NCBI GenBank assembly: GCA_027486005.1
Contig: JAIXPZ010000042.1
Coordinates: 2,894 to 66,893 of the forward strand
Source of the DNA: Legionellales bacterium
GTDB taxonomy: Bacteria > Pseudomonadota > Gammaproteobacteria > JAGOUN01
DNA: 64,000 nt
Direction: 5' to 3'
Made by a program: the position numbers and the translations under genes. Positions 1 through 8,957 of this stretch are shown piece by piece (within the stretch, counting starts at the first letter, position 1; each line of letters opens with the position of its first letter). The notes beneath the pieces are model-generated. The model was not told the origin of the DNA. It worked only from the letters and a program-made list of their open reading frames with translations, and ran no database searches.

Positions 1-1495
1 AAACAAACGGATTTGATCCCTCAGGAAATAGTTTCTGTAAATGTTCGTGTTCCTGTAATAAACGATGAAAACCATCATAATCTGTTGTATATAATTCTTG
101 TAAGAGAAAAAATAAATTATCATAGATCGTTTTCTTGTAATGAACATTTTTTATGCTTTTTGTGGTTTTTAAACTATTAGCCACTTCTTCAGATGCTTTT
201 TCTAATGCCTTAATGTGATTATCTCTTTCTGTAACATTATGTAATGCATCCAGAGAAATATTAGCTTTTTTATAACTTGCTTGGCTAAAAATAGGTAGCT
301 TTATTTCATCCAGGTTACAATGCCGATTTCTTTCCGGCTTACTCCACCGTGTCGTTAAATAAGTAACACCGCGATACTGAGCAATAAAAAATTTTGTTTT
401 TAACCCTTGAATACGCAATAAAAATGATTCTAAATTTCCTTTGCTAGCTCTAAATGCTGTATTTAAACTCATTAAGTCATTTCTGGTTTGTGCTACATCA
501 TCCATATTTTCAATTTTTACTCTTTCTGCTTTGCTAAATAAACTCGAAGGATCGTTTGCGCTGATATTTAAGTCTCCTTTGTTTGCACGTTTTGTTTTTA
601 CTTGATAAATCATTTTAGTTCTATTTGCTTTTTCTGAGAATTTATCCGCCTCTAATAATGTTCCATTTCTTTCTTTTACACTTTTTGTAGAAAATAGTGT
701 TTCTTCTTCTGAATCTGATGTATCAGATAAGTAAGAGCCAAAAAAAGTTCCTTGCATTGCTTCTACAGCCCGAATTTTAGAATCAAAATCTTGTAGAATA
801 ATATTAAATTTTGATATGATTTTTCTAACCTGCCCTTGGTCTTTAGAACTTTTAACAACGCCTATATCGCTTAATTCTTCTTCTGGTAGAGATTTTTCAT
901 ATATCTCACCATCTATTGACCAGAACGCGGTTAAAAATCCATTTTTTTGTTGCAAAAAAATTGTTTCTGAGTCAATAGATGTTGGTTTCTCTTTCTTTTC
1001 TGACAGAAACTGTAATTTAAATCTATCTCGCAAAGAATAACTAATGTAGTGATCGTCAATTAACGTAAGATAGTGATGTAATAAATTAAAGTTTTTCTCA
1101 TTTCCACGAAGATTTTCATATAGAAGAGAGGTAATCAATTTGTTTTCTAATATTTCTCGAGTATCTCCTTGTACTATTTCTATCAATCTCTTAGATTGAG
1201 CGGTATAAAAAACAAGCCATGTTCCTGTTTCAGGGTGCTTGCGTGAAAATGCAATTACATACGGCAAATATTGATCTAATTGTGGATGGAGTGAGTTTCC
1301 TGGGATGGAAGGATCAGCGCCTGCCATAATCAGCCGATGAATAGCTTGAAGATTTCCATGATACGAAAACCAATACAGAAGAGTATTACCTGATACGTCA
1401 GTAATGTTTATATTGGAATTGTTTAACAGAAACTCATTAAGCCATATTAAGTCTGTATCATCAGCTATTTTTGTCAGAATAGTGTAAGTTAGCAT
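1..1495 (-). CDS. Ankyrin-repeat protein, partial: start codon at 1495, 3' end runs off the window start
   Basis: Manual minus-strand translation from the ATG at 1495-1493 gives MLTYTILTKIADDTDLIWLNEFLLNNSNINITDVSGNTLLYWFSYHGNLQAIHRLIMAGADPSIPGNSLHPQ. This matches the ankyrin repeat signature (G-TpLh-A---G---vv--Li--GAdp). The open frame continues to position 1, so it is absent from the track because it is incomplete. Confidence 0.5.
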   Translation of the reverse strand, partial: MLTYTILTKIADDTDLIWLNEFLLNNSNINITDVSGNTLLYWFSYHGNLQAIHRLIMAGADPSIPGNSLHPQLDQYLPYVIAFSRKHPETGTWLVFYTAQSKRLIEIVQGDTREILENKLITSLLYENLRGNEKNFNLLHHYLTLIDDHYISYSLRDRFKLQFLSEKKEKPTSIDSETIFLQQKNGFLTAFWSIDGEIYEKSLPEEELSDIGVVKSSKDQGQVRKIISKFNIILQDFDSKIRAVEAMQGTFFGSYLSDTSDSEEETLFSTKSVKERNGTLLEADKFSEKANRTKMIYQVKTKRANKGDLNISANDPSSLFSKAERVKIENMDDVAQTRNDLMSLNTAFRASKGNLESFLLRIQGLKTKFFIAQYRGVTYLTTRWSKPERNRHCNLDEIKLPIFSQASYKKANISLDALHNVTERDNHIKALEKASEEVANSLKTTKSIKNVHYKKTIYDNLFFLLQELYTTDYDGFHRLLQEHEHLQKLFPEGSNPFV

Positions 1496-1688
1496 CGCTT
1501 TTACCCAGCTTAAGTCTGCAAAAACTATACATTAATTTACGATATAATTATATAAGACTCAATCCTTTATTCTAACTTAATATAAATGATTATTTATCAA
1601 TACGTTGAATATTAATCAATACCTAACAGTATTGACTAATAGAGGGTTATCGATATAATATACTGAAGTGAATACTGTTTAACGGGCT

Positions 1689-1860
1689 GGTTTTTGATAT
1701 ACTGGCCGTTATCATGCCCATTACGCCTCTCAAAGAAGCGGACCAGAGTGGGTTATTTTTTATCAGCTTCTGATTGGCAAAAGCCATGGTTTGTTATATA
1801 ATGACTTTGACCATGCCCGCCACGCCACTCAAAGAAGCGCACCACGGTGGGTTTTTTTAT
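1689..1860 (+). promoter_or_regulatory. Tandem ~99-bp direct repeat (2 units) upstream of the abi gene, with a near-consensus sigma70 promoter (TTGGCA-17-TATAAT at 1773-1801)
   Basis: Unit 1 spans 1689-1763 and unit 2 spans 1788-1860 (GGTTTnTnATATAnTG...CATGCCC...ACGCC.CTCAAAGAAGCG.ACCA..GTGGGTT.TTTTTAT). Each ends in a CCAC..GTGG mini-hairpin plus T-run. Confidence 0.5.
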
Positions 1861-2764
1861 GTCTACTACTTTTCAAAAGCCTTCAATCACCGTCCAAGAG
1901 CAGCTCCATTTTTTAGCGCAACAGGGCTTAATTATTACGGATCAACAAGAAGCTAAACATGTTTTATCCATGATTGGCTATTATCGATTCTCGGGTTACC
2001 TGCTTCCTTATAAACAAGATCATTCCTCTACAAAACCACGCTTATTTATAGCCAATACAAAATTTGAAGATATTTGGCAGCTTTATCGTTTCGATCAAGA
2101 ATTACGTGCGCTGCTATCTTGTGCAACTGAAAAGATAGAAATTGCATTTCGCGCTGCGCTTGTTAATACCACCAGCACTGAATTAAGCCCATTCTGGTAT
2201 GCAGATAAAACCTTTCATCGACAACAGAGAACTTTTGAAGGCTTTATGAAGCACGTAAATCAAGTGCTGGATATGAGTCATGATATTTTTATAAAGCATT
2301 ACGTAGACAAGTATGATTCACCAAAATATCCGCCCATCTGGATGATTATTGAAACCTTATCATTTGGAACATGCTCAAAATTATTCAACAACATAACATC
2401 AGTAGCATTAAGAAAAAAAATCGCAAAACAGTTTGATCAACACCCTACTATACTATCTTCTTGGATACATTCTTTAACGTTTACAAGAAACATTTGCGCT
2501 CATCATGCGCGATTGTGGAATCGTTGGTTAGTGAATTCTCCCATGATTCCAAAACATGAACCTTTACGAGATGCCTTTTTAACTACAAAAGAGTATCGGT
2601 TTCATCTGATTGCTTATGTTGTCCAAAAGTTGCTGAAGGTTGTTGATCCTGAATTCAACTGGCAGAAGTCACTCTATGATTTATTTAGTCGATATCCTTC
2701 TTACCCGGGAATTGAAATGGGATTTCAAAAAGACTGGCAAAACGATCCTTTTTGGAAATTATAA
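1847..2764 (+). CDS. Abi_2 (AbiD/AbiF-like) abortive-infection family protein; the true start is probably the second ATG at 1859
   Basis: N-terminal pattern QEQLHFLAQQGLIITDQQEAKHVLSMIGYYRFSGYLLPY is typical of Pfam Abi_2. The first ATG lies inside the T-run of the upstream repeat. The stop TAA at 2762-2764 abuts the next ATG at 2765. Confidence 0.65.
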   Translation: MGFFMSTTFQKPSITVQEQLHFLAQQGLIITDQQEAKHVLSMIGYYRFSGYLLPYKQDHSSTKPRLFIANTKFEDIWQLYRFDQELRALLSCATEKIEIAFRAALVNTTSTELSPFWYADKTFHRQQRTFEGFMKHVNQVLDMSHDIFIKHYVDKYDSPKYPPIWMIIETLSFGTCSKLFNNITSVALRKKIAKQFDQHPTILSSWIHSLTFTRNICAHHARLWNRWLVNSPMIPKHEPLRDAFLTTKEYRFHLIAYVVQKLLKVVDPEFNWQKSLYDLFSRYPSYPGIEMGFQKDWQNDPFWKL

Positions 2765-4009
2765 ATGTCTCAACGTTATCCTCATCCTTTGCCGTTCTTA
2801 GATTCTTTAGAGAATATAGAAAACTGGCCGCTTGCTAAAGATTGCTTGTCGGATGACTTTCAAAAAGATCTTGCCTCAGTAAAAGAGTTTTTATTTCAGT
2901 ATCGTGGCAGTCAAGCCACATTTGAAGTCTATCGACGAGAAATAGAGCGCGTCTTGCAATGGTGTTGGCGTATTAAAAATACGTCATTGCTTACTTTAAA
3001 GCGCATAGATATTGAAGTCTATTTGGATTTTTGCCAAAAACCGCCGCAATCTTGGATCGGCATAAAGCAAGAATTACGCACAAGCTATTGGCAGGGTGAA
3101 AAAATTGCAAATAAAAGATGGCGACCTTTTTTAGCAAAAGTAAGCAAGGCAGAGCGCAAAGAAGGCGCAGAGCCTAATAAAAAGCAGTATCAATTATCCC
3201 AAGCGGGTATCAGCGATATTTTCAAAGTGCTCAATAGTTTTTATCAATCATGCTTGCAAGAAGAAAAAGTGCTCGCCAATCCTGTGGCGCTGATTCGTCA
3301 AAAAAGTAAATACATTCGTCAAAAACAAACAAAAACTAGCGTCAGGCGCTTAACAACAGAACAATGGCAAACTTGCCTCGTCACCGCACAGCAAATGGCA
3401 GAAGATAACCCTGAATCACATGCGCGAACTTTATTTATTATTTCCTCTCTCTATTATCTCTACTTACGTATTTCAGAATTAATTTCTTCTGAACGTTGGA
3501 CTCCACAAATGAAGCATTTTTATCAGGATAGCCAAAAACAATGGTGGTTTAAGACGGTTGGAAAAGGAAATAAAGAGCGCGATATTGCGGTCTCTCAAGA
3601 AATGTTAGCGGCCCTTAAAGCATATCGAAAACACCGTGGTCTCTCCCCTCTTCTACCGACACTGAATGACGATGCATCGCTACTTCATAGTTTACGCGGC
3701 AATGAGAACATCACAAGCCGTGGCGTAATTCAGCGTGCTGTACAAGAGTGCTTTGATCAAACTATTGAGAATTTAAAACAAAAAAGTAAATTAGATGAGG
3801 CTGAATCACTGGCTCATGCTTCTGCGCACTGGTTACGGCACACGGGAATTTCGGATGATATTAATGAACGTCAGCGGCCTTTGGCGCATGTGAGAGATGA
3901 TGCTGGTCACGCTTCAATAGTGACCACAGATTGTTATAATGATATCGAGTTAACAGAACGCTATAAATCTGCGAGGAAAAAAACTTCTAAACAGAAAAAA
4001 GATAAGTAA
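2765..4009 (+). CDS. Tyrosine site-specific recombinase (phage-integrase family)
   Basis: The C-terminal catalytic region HASAHWLRHTGISD...HASIVTTDCYNDIELTERY fits the R..H..R..Y pattern. Size (414 aa) and an N-terminal SAM-like region are typical of integrases. It is directly coupled to the upstream abi gene. Confidence 0.8.
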   Translation: MSQRYPHPLPFLDSLENIENWPLAKDCLSDDFQKDLASVKEFLFQYRGSQATFEVYRREIERVLQWCWRIKNTSLLTLKRIDIEVYLDFCQKPPQSWIGIKQELRTSYWQGEKIANKRWRPFLAKVSKAERKEGAEPNKKQYQLSQAGISDIFKVLNSFYQSCLQEEKVLANPVALIRQKSKYIRQKQTKTSVRRLTTEQWQTCLVTAQQMAEDNPESHARTLFIISSLYYLYLRISELISSERWTPQMKHFYQDSQKQWWFKTVGKGNKERDIAVSQEMLAALKAYRKHRGLSPLLPTLNDDASLLHSLRGNENITSRGVIQRAVQECFDQTIENLKQKSKLDEAESLAHASAHWLRHTGISDDINERQRPLAHVRDDAGHASIVTTDCYNDIELTERYKSARKKTSKQKKDK

Positions 4010-4507
4010 CAAAATCATTGGTCGAATAACAAATATTCAATGCTAAATTTAAATTACGGCTCTCTGAGAGTTAAAGCAGCGGGCATCGTAGCAACAACAG
4101 ATTTTTCTACAAATATCTACTTTTTGAATCAGCATTACTACAAATAGTTGAATAGCTACGATATAGACTGCTGAAAATGGAGATTAATGCCGAAAAAAGC
4201 ACAAACCACCCTATTACTATGACGATTAGGGCTATTATCGAATAAAATAATAGGCAAAGTAGCAGTGCTTCTCTACATTACTACATCTTCTACACTCGAA
4301 ATAGGGCGGAGCAGGTTCTGTATATTTTGTAGCCAACTAATTTTCAATAAGGGTGATAATAATATTTATCACCCCTATTGTCAATCGCCCAGTGTCTAAT
4401 TCAAATCATAGATTGCACCACTGCCTATAAAAAATATAAGATCAAGCAATATGCGTGACTACTTTTTGTATATTGAAAACTACAAGACCGAACAACGAGG
4501 GCATCAT

Positions 4508-5035
4508 TTAATTTTTAAAATGCGTATTCAAAATTTGTTCCACCAAAGGCTCTGATAATTTCCCCTCAAATTCTTTAAGGTTTGTTCTAGCTATCACTCT
4601 CCACCTTTTCAATTGGATTTTTGCAAACCATTTATATTTGCATATAAATTTCTTAAAATTTTCATCTTCTATATATTTTAAATCAAAGTGTTGTTGAATA
4701 TTTTCACTATACCCTATCGTTGACGGAGTTGGATTTATTGAAGAATTTTTTAGCTCTAAAGTGGGATTTATCAGAATTCTCACTGCTTTAGATTTTTTAG
4801 GCTTGAATGCAAAATTAGTTACCAGAATGGATTGATATCCGACGTTAACGCAATACAACATTAAATATTGCTGATTATCTGGATATAAAACACCTATGGT
4901 TGCAAAAACTGATAACTTTGGTTGCTTATCTTTATAACCAAGAAATCCAAACCATAAAGCAACCACTACTGCCCCCACTGTACCCACGGCAGTAAATATA
5001 TTACAAACTATACTAATAATTTGATCAATGCTCAT
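4508..5035 (-). CDS. Hypothetical membrane-anchored protein
   Basis: Complete ORF with an N-terminal TM helix (IISIVCNIFTAVGTVGAVVVALWFGFLGY). It lies immediately downstream of the 678-aa gene on the same strand, so it is probably an operon partner. Confidence 0.45.
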   Translation of the reverse strand: MSIDQIISIVCNIFTAVGTVGAVVVALWFGFLGYKDKQPKLSVFATIGVLYPDNQQYLMLYCVNVGYQSILVTNFAFKPKKSKAVRILINPTLELKNSSINPTPSTIGYSENIQQHFDLKYIEDENFKKFICKYKWFAKIQLKRWRVIARTNLKEFEGKLSEPLVEQILNTHFKN

Positions 5036-5111
5036 TGTTAATTTCTTAAAAAGATTGAAGCTTAATATTAACAGAGTTAATAATAATTTTCACTCTTCAT
5101 CTTTTTCGAAA

Positions 5112-7148
5112 CTATTTTTTTACAAAATTTTGATGATTGACTACAATATCAGTTGTAAGCTTACTTCTTCTCGTCAAAAGAGCTGCCTGAATAATGGGTG
5201 AAGTTTCTTTATCCTTTCTGAGAGCTCTATATTTTTTTAGCTCATCCTGGGTTGGTTGTGGTTGGAGAGAAAATATAGAGCTATATGTCAATACTTTACT
5301 TTCAGATTTCCCATGCTGCTCATTTAATTCCGCCCATTCAAAGCGATAATTCTGAGCCATGTACATAAACTTTCTATTCACAACAGCGTTATCAGACTCA
5401 ACCTGCTTGAAGCCAGCCGTAGCAAACAGTGCATACCTAGTATCATATTTCGCTTTCTTTTGATTCCATTTTTGATCTCCTTTGCTTTTCTTATATTCTG
5501 CAAAATCATTTTTTAGAATAGTATTTTCTATATGATTATACCCATAAACCCAATATGACACAGCAGATAGTTTATGCCCCATTTGTATTGCTGGCTTACC
5601 GTTAGAACGTTTTTCATTTAGACTGACCCACTCACGATCTGACGCATCATTTTTTCTAATAGATACTTCCCAATTTTCCCAGTCCTGAATCCACTCTTGT
5701 CTGTTAACCTTGTTGCCAATATATCTAGCTTTTGCTCGCAATGCCCATCGATACAAAACTTCCTGACAAACCAAATTATTTTTACCACCCAGTTCATCTT
5801 TACTAACAGATGGGTTTTTCCCCAACGTATATCCTCTAGCCTCTCCTTCGTCATATTGTGATATATCAGATAAAGATACGAAGTCAAAAACACCACCGGC
5901 CACCTCTAACAATTCACTTTTTCGCCACTGAGTGATCAGTTCATCTGTATTTGAGTTATCATGCTGTTCACATATTTCAGCAATATACAAAGATTGTTTT
6001 TTGTTGTGTCCCGTGTTTTGATGCAACGCATAAACATCATCACTCTCATTAAAATATGGCGAGCCTGAGAAACTAAATCCTGTCTGTTGAAAGGTTTCTT
6101 GATGAGTACCGATCAATGCCAACGCTGTGCTTTGTGGTATATGATTGGTAAAATACATTTCTTCATCACTATCATAACCAATAAAGGTAAAAGATGCAGG
6201 TTGTCTATCAGAGGATAATTTTGGAATAAATTCATTATTAACCGGTGTCTTTAAACGCAACACAGCATAATCTAATTGCATATGGCTGCCGTCTTCAATT
6301 AACCCGGAAACTTCAACCCCTAAATCAGCATTAAACATGCCTGCAATAGTTCTTAATCCTGTTGAGTGACTTAATAAGTAAGAAAATACTTCTCCAGAAA
6401 TCACCGTGAAACTATGATTTAAAAAATTGAAAAAAGTATTAATCATTGGTGGTGAGAAAGTTAAAAGCCATCTTGTCCATTCCTGCAATGCTTGTAAATA
6501 AGCAATACCTGCGCCACTTCTCTCAGTATTAATATTCGAAGAAGAGGCTGGTGGTATATTTTCTTGAATAATACTTGAGGGAAATACAATTTTTAATTCG
6601 TTCAGTTTAATTCCATTAAGAACATGGCGTGACGTTATAATCATGTTCTTACCAATCAAAAAACAGGTGCCAACACCCATTCCACTTGCGGTAACTAATC
6701 CAACACAACTTTTACTTTTTTTTAATTGATGAACAACTTGATCATGCTCATCAAATTTAAGTTGTGATTCTATATAAAAATTAACATTGTATAAATCACC
6801 ACCTAAGGGTTTACTTGACACCGCTGTTGGCATAAACATACTAGCGTTTGGATCATAAGCTTCAATAATTCTATCGCTAATATTGTTTGGAATATGTCCG
6901 ATTTCTCTGCTTGTTTTCGCACCACGACTTTTCAAAAACTGTACTTTACTAGAATACAGAGGTAAGGATAATGCAACATCCAAAATAGTATTACCTGTTT
7001 GACTCAAAGCATTAACATCTCCGCCCTTTTTCTGAAAAGCTATGACAATTTTTTTAAACTCTACATCAGATCTGTTTTGAGATAGTGCTCGAAATAATAT
7101 TGCACCATTATTAATAACATCCTGCTGATCTGGCGTAAGTTTAAACAT
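5112..7148 (-). CDS. Trypsin-like serine-peptidase-domain protein with an N-terminal ankyrin-like segment and a long unknown C-terminal half
   Basis: GVGTCFLIGKNMIITSRHVLNG matches the Trypsin_2 core (G-GsGfli...ilTnaHVv) with the catalytic His. A later GFSFSGSPYF resembles the GxSGxP catalytic-Ser motif. The N-terminal GDVNALSQTGNTILDVAL is ankyrin-like. Confidence 0.55.
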   Translation of the reverse strand: MFKLTPDQQDVINNGAILFRALSQNRSDVEFKKIVIAFQKKGGDVNALSQTGNTILDVALSLPLYSSKVQFLKSRGAKTSREIGHIPNNISDRIIEAYDPNASMFMPTAVSSKPLGGDLYNVNFYIESQLKFDEHDQVVHQLKKSKSCVGLVTASGMGVGTCFLIGKNMIITSRHVLNGIKLNELKIVFPSSIIQENIPPASSSNINTERSGAGIAYLQALQEWTRWLLTFSPPMINTFFNFLNHSFTVISGEVFSYLLSHSTGLRTIAGMFNADLGVEVSGLIEDGSHMQLDYAVLRLKTPVNNEFIPKLSSDRQPASFTFIGYDSDEEMYFTNHIPQSTALALIGTHQETFQQTGFSFSGSPYFNESDDVYALHQNTGHNKKQSLYIAEICEQHDNSNTDELITQWRKSELLEVAGGVFDFVSLSDISQYDEGEARGYTLGKNPSVSKDELGGKNNLVCQEVLYRWALRAKARYIGNKVNRQEWIQDWENWEVSIRKNDASDREWVSLNEKRSNGKPAIQMGHKLSAVSYWVYGYNHIENTILKNDFAEYKKSKGDQKWNQKKAKYDTRYALFATAGFKQVESDNAVVNRKFMYMAQNYRFEWAELNEQHGKSESKVLTYSSIFSLQPQPTQDELKKYRALRKDKETSPIIQAALLTRRSKLTTDIVVNHQNFVKK

Positions 7149-7362
7149 ATAAATGCTCCTATTCTAATTTTGATCAATATATGGGTTACATAGCCACAGC
7201 GTTTGAGGTATACACTGCTTGTCAATTTAAGAAATACTACCACATAATGTACTCAATGCAGGCATGGGGAATATGTATCAAAAAATACCAAAAATCTTTC
7301 CTTTCCAAGCAAGAGAGATTTCACTACAATCCACTACATTCTAGCTTAAGCTGCACTACAAC

Positions 7363-8814
7363 ATGGAAAAAATCAATTGGCAAACGCCGATACCTTTGAT
7401 TATCAGCTCTGAAAGCTCCACGCCTGCGCCCTACCCTATTGATTCTTTACCCAAAGAAATCAGTACCCCAGTATTAAGCTATCAAAGCTATGGGCAACAA
7501 CCCGTAGCACTCATTGCTTGCGCGGCACTTGCAAATATATCCCTCGCTTGCCAGACGTTAGCTAATGTTGCACGTGATAGTTTACTTAAAAGCCCTACAT
7601 CTGTTTATTTTTTGATCAGCTGCCAAAGTGGAGAGCGCAAATCGGTCGTCGACCATTCTTTTGGTCAAGGTATTCGAGAATGGCAAGCTAAAACACGTGA
7701 AAAGCTAATGCCAAAAGTGATTGAAGCAACTGCGATATATTATGCTTGGAAAGCTGAGCGCGACGGTATTTTAAAACAAATACGACATGCAAATTCTGAG
7801 ATTTCGGCTGCTGACCTTCAATACCAATTGACAATTTTAGCTATGCAAGAACCCGAGATTCCATTATTACCAGAACTCTTTTTTGAAGATGTAACGCAAG
7901 AAGCTTTGATACATAACTTATCGCACGGATGGCCAAGCAGTTCGTTATGGTCGGATGAAGGCGGCATTGTACTATCAGGTGGTGGAATGCAAGCCAACGC
8001 AACAAAGTTTATCTCAACACTAAATCGTCTTTGGGATGGCAATTCATTTAACACCCATCGTAAAACGACTAAAAACAACACTGTCAAAAATCGACGTTTC
8101 ACGATGAGCTTAATGCTCCAACCTTTTCTTTTAGAGCACTTACTTAAAAAACAGGACTCAGTTGCACGTCAGAGTGGCTTTTTAGCACGCACGCTCATTT
8201 CACAACCGGCAAGCTCTATGGGGCAACGTTATTATCAAAGCCCGCCAGCCTCATTATCAGAATTAGATGATTTTCATGCAAGAATTAATGCTTGTTTAGA
8301 TGCCACTTTAGATTTAGATCATCATGGCTGTCATAAAATTCCAGTGCTGGAGTTTTCACCAAAGGCGAAAGAAAGATGGATAAAATTTTTTAACAACATA
8401 GAATCTGGAATAAATAAAGAAAATCATTGGAAATCCATGCCCGATTTCGCTAGTAAAGCAGCGGAAAATGTTGCGCGCCTCAGCGCCCTCTTCCATCTAT
8501 TTCTTGGTAAAGCTGGCGATATCAGTGCCGAGTCTGTGGAGCAAGCTGCCAACATTGTCTACTGGCATTTATTAGAAGCGAAGCGAATTTTTACACCGAC
8601 AGAACATCAAGAAAAACATCAAGAAGCGCAAAAAATATTGAACTGGCTTAAAACAAGAAATGTTACTCAAACATCTTCACGGCAATTACAACAATATGGC
8701 AATTTCCGCGATAAATATAAACGTGAAAATGCCATATGTACGCTCATTGAACATAATTATTTGATTGAAACTATCGAAAATGACAAAAAAATATTATTTG
8801 TTAACCCGGAGTAA
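7363..8814 (+). CDS. Hypothetical protein, 483 aa; possibly DUF3987/YfjI-like, unverified
   Basis: Long complete ORF with typical codon usage, divergent from the 5112..7148 gene with a shared promoter region at 7150-7360. No catalytic motif recognised by eye. Confidence 0.45.
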   Translation: MEKINWQTPIPLIISSESSTPAPYPIDSLPKEISTPVLSYQSYGQQPVALIACAALANISLACQTLANVARDSLLKSPTSVYFLISCQSGERKSVVDHSFGQGIREWQAKTREKLMPKVIEATAIYYAWKAERDGILKQIRHANSEISAADLQYQLTILAMQEPEIPLLPELFFEDVTQEALIHNLSHGWPSSSLWSDEGGIVLSGGGMQANATKFISTLNRLWDGNSFNTHRKTTKNNTVKNRRFTMSLMLQPFLLEHLLKKQDSVARQSGFLARTLISQPASSMGQRYYQSPPASLSELDDFHARINACLDATLDLDHHGCHKIPVLEFSPKAKERWIKFFNNIESGINKENHWKSMPDFASKAAENVARLSALFHLFLGKAGDISAESVEQAANIVYWHLLEAKRIFTPTEHQEKHQEAQKILNWLKTRNVTQTSSRQLQQYGNFRDKYKRENAICTLIEHNYLIETIENDKKILFVNPE

Positions 8815-8907
8815 TTACTACGTTACTACATTCACTACAAAGTTAAATCCGCTATACTCACTTTATCAGTGCATAAAGCGTCTGATTTTGCAAAAGCAAG
8901 TTACAGC

Positions 8908-8937
8908 TTAGGGGCTGATTTATAATTGTGCCCCTAA
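8908..8937. terminator. Hairpin between convergent genes (TTAGGGGC-N14-GCCCCTAA), putative bidirectional terminator
   Basis: Perfect 8-bp inverted repeat located between the + gene ending at 8814 and the - gene ending at 8958. The T-rich tract follows the hairpin only on the minus-strand side. Confidence 0.4.
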
Positions 8938-8957
8938 TCTGCATGTATTCTACGTAT

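Noticed and set aside
4010-4507. Search for a tRNA gene downstream of the integrase (also at 55700-56000, 60500-60650, 63669-63870)
   Set aside because: No cloverleaf-compatible sequence or GTTCRANYC T-loop was found by eye. tRNAscan would be needed to be sure. The ~110-bp direct repeats do not resemble tRNA 3' halves.
5618-5896. Internal ORF 5618..5896 (-) and other 60-100-aa ORFs nested in or antisense to long genes (e.g. 7818..8102, 9393..9620, 11649..11939, 15805..16273, 16648..17053, 17661..17879, 21583..22378, 23366..24461, 31192..31539, 44106..44426, 45139..45396, 45993..46508, 48464..49013, 49261..49563, 50366..51715)
   Set aside because: They lie wholly inside, or antisense to, strongly supported long CDSs and lack RBS context. 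They are treated as spurious.
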